A DNA stretch of 43,776 nucleotides from Vitrella brassicaformis CCMP3155 (Eukaryota > Protista > Chromerida). The translations under genes were made by a program, and so were the position numbers. Of the stretch, positions 40,301 through 43,776 are shown piece after piece. The stretch covers positions 1 through 43,776 of the forward strand of contig CDMY01000606.1 in assembly GCA_001179505.1 (NCBI GenBank), given 5' to 3'. The notes beneath the pieces were generated by a model that saw only the letters and a program-made list of their open reading frames with translations, searched no databases and was not told the DNA's origin. The first letter of the stretch is position 1; every line of letters starts with the position of its first letter.

Positions 40301-40420
40301 GAGATGGCTCGAAATGAGACAGAGGGGAATGAAGCGGAGAAGTTACCAAGTGATGATGAGCTGCGAGAGTACGTTTTAACTCTTTTTACACAAGCGGCAG
40401 ACAGAAATGAGCCTGAGTAA
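34372..40420 (+). pseudogene. Receptor-like gene: signal peptide, Venus-flytrap (ANF-receptor/PBP type 1) domain, Cys-rich repeats, multi-TM domain, long cytosolic tail; interrupted by in-frame stops
   Basis: Signal peptide MRRLRVASVLFILICLWEISDA; VFT motifs VGVLGPTTSGSS, GIPHLPW, YPFTFRT, GTVAFDESQDR; Cys repeats ECVKCPVGRY, CELCPDGLYSDQE, EGHRGFVCGICDDSY; TM-region motifs LWDCI, RFGFFYQ|GY, LHLIVKPF...LLNRYE. In-frame TGA at 35091, 36133 and 37921 and TAG at 38173. Last exon ends TAA at 40420. Confidence 0.75.
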
Positions 40421-40682
40421 ACAAGTGTAAGCACCGTGCATATCTCTGCACGTGGATGGACACTGACACAGACCAAGCGGCCCAACACGCGCCCGTCATG
40501 TGCTATCGACAACCCGTTCAGTGTATCGCAGGTTCGCACTTCCGAGCCCCCGCTGCAGTGCATGGTCCGTGCAGCCGCATGCCTGCACATTCAGCACAAC
40601 CATGCACGGAGTCCATATTCACTGCACACCGCACACATGTTTGCTCACCGCGACAATCTCATCGTCGCTTTGTTCCCTCTCA

Positions 40683-41235
40683 TCAAGCATGCGCGCGGGA
40701 CTGCTGGATGAGAGCTTTGGTGGCTGAACGCGTGGCAGCTGTGGATATTTCTTCCAGCACAAAGCCCAGGAACTGCTGCTGGCTGTGGTGGTTGCGAGCC
40801 GGTCGACCATCAGGTGGGCAAAGGATGCAGGCAGGAAGTCGGGATACGTCAGCTGCAGCAGCCAGTGACACACATGGGTGGTGGGCTCTCTCGCTCTCTC
40901 TCGCTCTCTCTCTCCCCCTCTCCGTGTGTGTGCAGTGAATTGGTCCATTTACCGGGTGCACCCCGCTGGTCTGCTGTTTGTGCCACTCGAGCAGCCGCCG
41001 ACACAACACTAGGTCGCCACGCAGCTGCAGGTGGGGAGGGAGATAACGACAACACACACACATCGGCCTCTGAATGTGTGAATGTGTCTCTGAAGGTGTG
41101 GTCACCTGGCTGACAACGTGTCGCTCGGGCTGGATGTTCTCCGAGATGACCACCCCCACCCCCAGTATACTCCCCCCAGAATCGCTGCAGCGCTCGGAAG
41201 TCCTCACTCCTCTTGAGGTCGCCCAGCAGCTTCGC
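40683..41235 (-). pseudogene. Remnant exons of an unidentified multi-exon gene
   Basis: Phase-compatible GT-AG exons VISENIQPERHVVSQ | LRGDLVLCRRLLEWHKQQTSGVHP | LTYPDFLPASFAHLMVDRLA, with apparent frameshifts. Confidence 0.3.
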
Positions 41236-41461
41236 GGCCCTGCAGTCGAAAGAGATACAACAAGAGCATTCGGCTGCTTTTCTTTGCTACCGGCGAATGT
41301 GTTGGTGTTGGCTGGGGTCAGGTTTGGCCGCCCTCCACACGCCAGCACTCTCCTCAAAGCCAACACACTGACACACACGATACCAAGAGGATGCCCATAT
41401 AGCTGTGGTGCTGTGTCTGTGTCTCTGTCGCGGCAGGATGGGATGTGTGTGGCCGTCTTAC

Positions 41462-42450
41462 CTCCAGTCACGAACGCCATCGTCAGGCATCCGGTGAGTC
41501 TCATTTGTGGCTCATCTGACTGCCACAAATCATATCGACGGCGCCACACTCGACCAACATATCACGGTCGGCATCGGTACCTATGAGGGCCAGGGTATCA
41601 CCAATCAGAGGCAAGCAGGGCGTATACAGCGATCAGCCGTGCAGCCAGCCAAAGGTGGCGGCTCGTCCCGGCGCTGACCTTGGCCCTCGATACACGCCCA
41701 GGCACACAACTCCGCCACATACCCCCATCACCCGAACACGGTCGCCCTCCTCAGTCGTGCTGGTGAGACTTGCCAGTATGGGCACGAAGGGCGCCAGCTT
41801 GACCAGTGGAGGCAGGGACGGCCGGACACTCCACAGGGTGAAGAGCAGCTGGACACCTATGGCGAGCACCTTGATGTTGGTGCTCTCGCGCATCGCCTTC
41901 AGCAGCGGCTCCAGGACGCCTGCGGCCGCCACCACGGCATCGCGACCGGCCACTGATCCCTCCGTGACGTTGCACAGCGCCTCGATGGCCTCTGTACGCA
42001 CATCGTCATCGGGTGACGACACGAGCTGCACCAGCGGCGGGACCGCACTGGCATCCACCACGGCCGCGGCATGACGCAGCGCCAGTCTGCTAAGGGCCAC
42101 CGCTGCTGCCACACTCTCCAGCTCCTCGCGCCCGCTCAGCTGCTCGACCAAGACAGGCACCACAACGACGTCGACAGCCTTCTGCTCTATGGTGGCAGCC
42201 ATGTGGTCGATGCTCAACAGGCGGAGGAGCTGATACATGGCGCGGGACCAGAGTTGCTGATCGCTCGCCGACGCCGTCAGGTGGCAGATGTCGGTCATGA
42301 CGGCGGTGATCTCGGTCTCGACGGCATCCAGCCCTCGCTGCTTGATGTGGTCTGTTGGATGGCATCGACCAACTTGCCCGCCTTGGCCCGCACTGCTTGG
42401 GGCGACGGATGGTCATCTTTGGCCTCGGCTGTGCCGCCCGCCGACTCCAT
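41462..42450 (-). pseudogene. Second ARM/importin-alpha-like copy, 3'-truncated by the duplication breakpoint
   Basis: ORF 41633-42298 has the ARM segment in frame (LSRLALRHAAAVVDASAVPPLVQLVSS...). A frame discontinuity follows MESAGG...LVDAI. Homology with copy A ends at 41433. Confidence 0.65.
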
Positions 42451-42748
42451 TGCCTCACAGCTGCAAAGACCGACACACAGACATTCACGCGCAGAATGGT
42501 CCGTGCCTGCTCCGATGTCACGACTCACACCTGCGAAATGAGACAGATCAGGGCTGCCCATGGATGACTTCTGCATGGCTGCTCACTCACTGACAGAGAT
42601 CTCCTCCAGCTCAACGAGATGCGAATTGACTCGAGGGCCGAATGCCGCAATTGGGGCCAAGCTAGCACTCCCTTCGGTTCCGTTGCGGGGGCTTCTATGG
42701 GGCTTTGCATGCATTTCAACGTAACGAGTCCCGCCAGCCCGACGGAGA

Positions 42749-43776
42749 ATGACCGAGAACACTGTTTGTCCTCTCTCACCCGTGCGGGGGACTGTGAGGG
42801 TCCTTCAAGAGGATGGCGATGAACCATGCAGTGATGTGCCTGATCTGAGCAGCAACTGGTCCCAGCCCGGCCTTCGAACCAATCTGGTAGACGAACAGAA
42901 CGACAATGAGGACAAGGGAGCAGCTGATGGCGGCCACGTCATGACCAACGCACACGTGCGGAGGACTGTGAGACTCTTTCAAGTGGATGGCGATGCATAT
43001 GAACCATGCGATGTGAGCAACAGCTCGTCCCTGCCCAGCCTTGGAAACAATCCGCTGGACGAACGACAGAATAGCAACGAGGACAAGGGGGCAGCTGATG
43101 GCGACCACATCAACATCACAGCGTACGAGCACGGGGACGAAAGACGACGAGCGTCAATCACCTCAATCACAACCACCACAACGGCAGGGCAGACAAACAT
43201 CGCAGTCAACGACAGCAACAAGGCGGACGGGAAGCAAAAAGAGGGCCGTGTGTTGCCTGGCGAGGAGCGAGCGATGGATGCATTAGTTCGTGAGTTTCGT
43301 GAGGCGGCTGGCTATGATGCCGCTTATGAGGAATTCGACACGACGCTCGAGTACAGGACGGTGGCGGACCCCGACGGCGGAACACGAGAGGTGCTCGTGG
43401 GTGCACACTTTGCCCCCGAACCTCTGAGGATCACCGTCAGACGAGTTATGAAAGTCATCATACGGCAGCTGGGGATGGCTCTTGGCATCGCGGCGCTTCT
43501 CGTTCTTTACACACTCGCTCTTTGGCAATTCGCATGCCGATCACTTTTCGACCTGGGTCCCGCTTTCGACGTCATCCGTCGTATTGTGGCATGCCTCATG
43601 GTAATCCTGTTCTACCTGCATATTACTGAGGGAGTGGATCTACATATGATGCTCTCCAGGCTGAAGGAATGCCGGCTCATCTTCGCCGTTCTGATGATGC
43701 TCTCCATCCTGATTGCTGTCGCCCACCAAGCGCACGGGAAGGGAACTTGGAGGAGACGCATTATCACACCAATGTG
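42749..43776 (+). CDS. Second copy of the multi-pass membrane protein, 5' part (runs off window)
   Basis: Open frame from MTENTVCPLSP at 42749 to the window end. Indels relative to copy A are multiples of three. Confidence 0.75.
   Translation, partial: MTENTVCPLSPVRGTVRVLQEDGDEPCSDVPDLSSNWSQPGLRTNLVDEQNDNEDKGAADGGHVMTNAHVRRTVRLFQVDGDAYEPCDVSNSSSLPSLGNNPLDERQNSNEDKGAADGDHINITAYEHGDERRRASITSITTTTTAGQTNIAVNDSNKADGKQKEGRVLPGEERAMDALVREFREAAGYDAAYEEFDTTLEYRTVADPDGGTREVLVGAHFAPEPLRITVRRVMKVIIRQLGMALGIAALLVLYTLALWQFACRSLFDLGPAFDVIRRIVACLMVILFYLHITEGVDLHMMLSRLKECRLIFAVLMMLSILIAVAHQAHGKGTWRRRIITPM

Larger units (their letters stand above)
41433..43776 (+). repeat. Segmental duplication, copy B (partner 12966-15295), runs off window
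   Basis: Direct sequence comparison with copy A. Confidence 0.95.

Noticed and set aside
34372-40420. Genome-wide UGA-to-Trp reassignment
   Set aside because: PTC7, ilvC, CAND1 and the 20451 gene all appear to terminate at TGA, and a TAG also interrupts this gene.

Overview
This is intron-rich eukaryotic genomic DNA, not prokaryotic. GC-rich exons are separated by short GT-AG introns full of AC/GT/GACA/GGAG microsatellites. Gene content and style suggest a chromerid alveolate such as Vitrella (inference). Three conserved genes are clear: a PTC7-type PP2C phosphatase (-), a plant-type ketol-acid reductoisomerase (ilvC, +) and CAND1 (+). A probable myzozoan mitochondrial membrane protein lies head-to-head with ilvC. 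The rest is a birth-and-death zone: four members of an expanded family with an F-box-like N-terminus (two disrupted), a duplicated module of an ARM/importin-alpha-like remnant plus a multi-TM gene (12966-15295 and 41433-43776), a decayed MYND-finger gene, and a large Venus-flytrap/Cys-rich/multi-TM receptor-like gene interrupted by several in-frame stops. The most striking non-coding signals are a strictly 20-bp-phased array of near-palindromic motifs with overall dyad symmetry (17817-18010) and recurrent 5'-AC-rich/3'-GT-rich self-complementary introns. There is a 300-N assembly gap at 33643-33942. Exon models were spliced by eye and family names come from motif recognition, not database searches.
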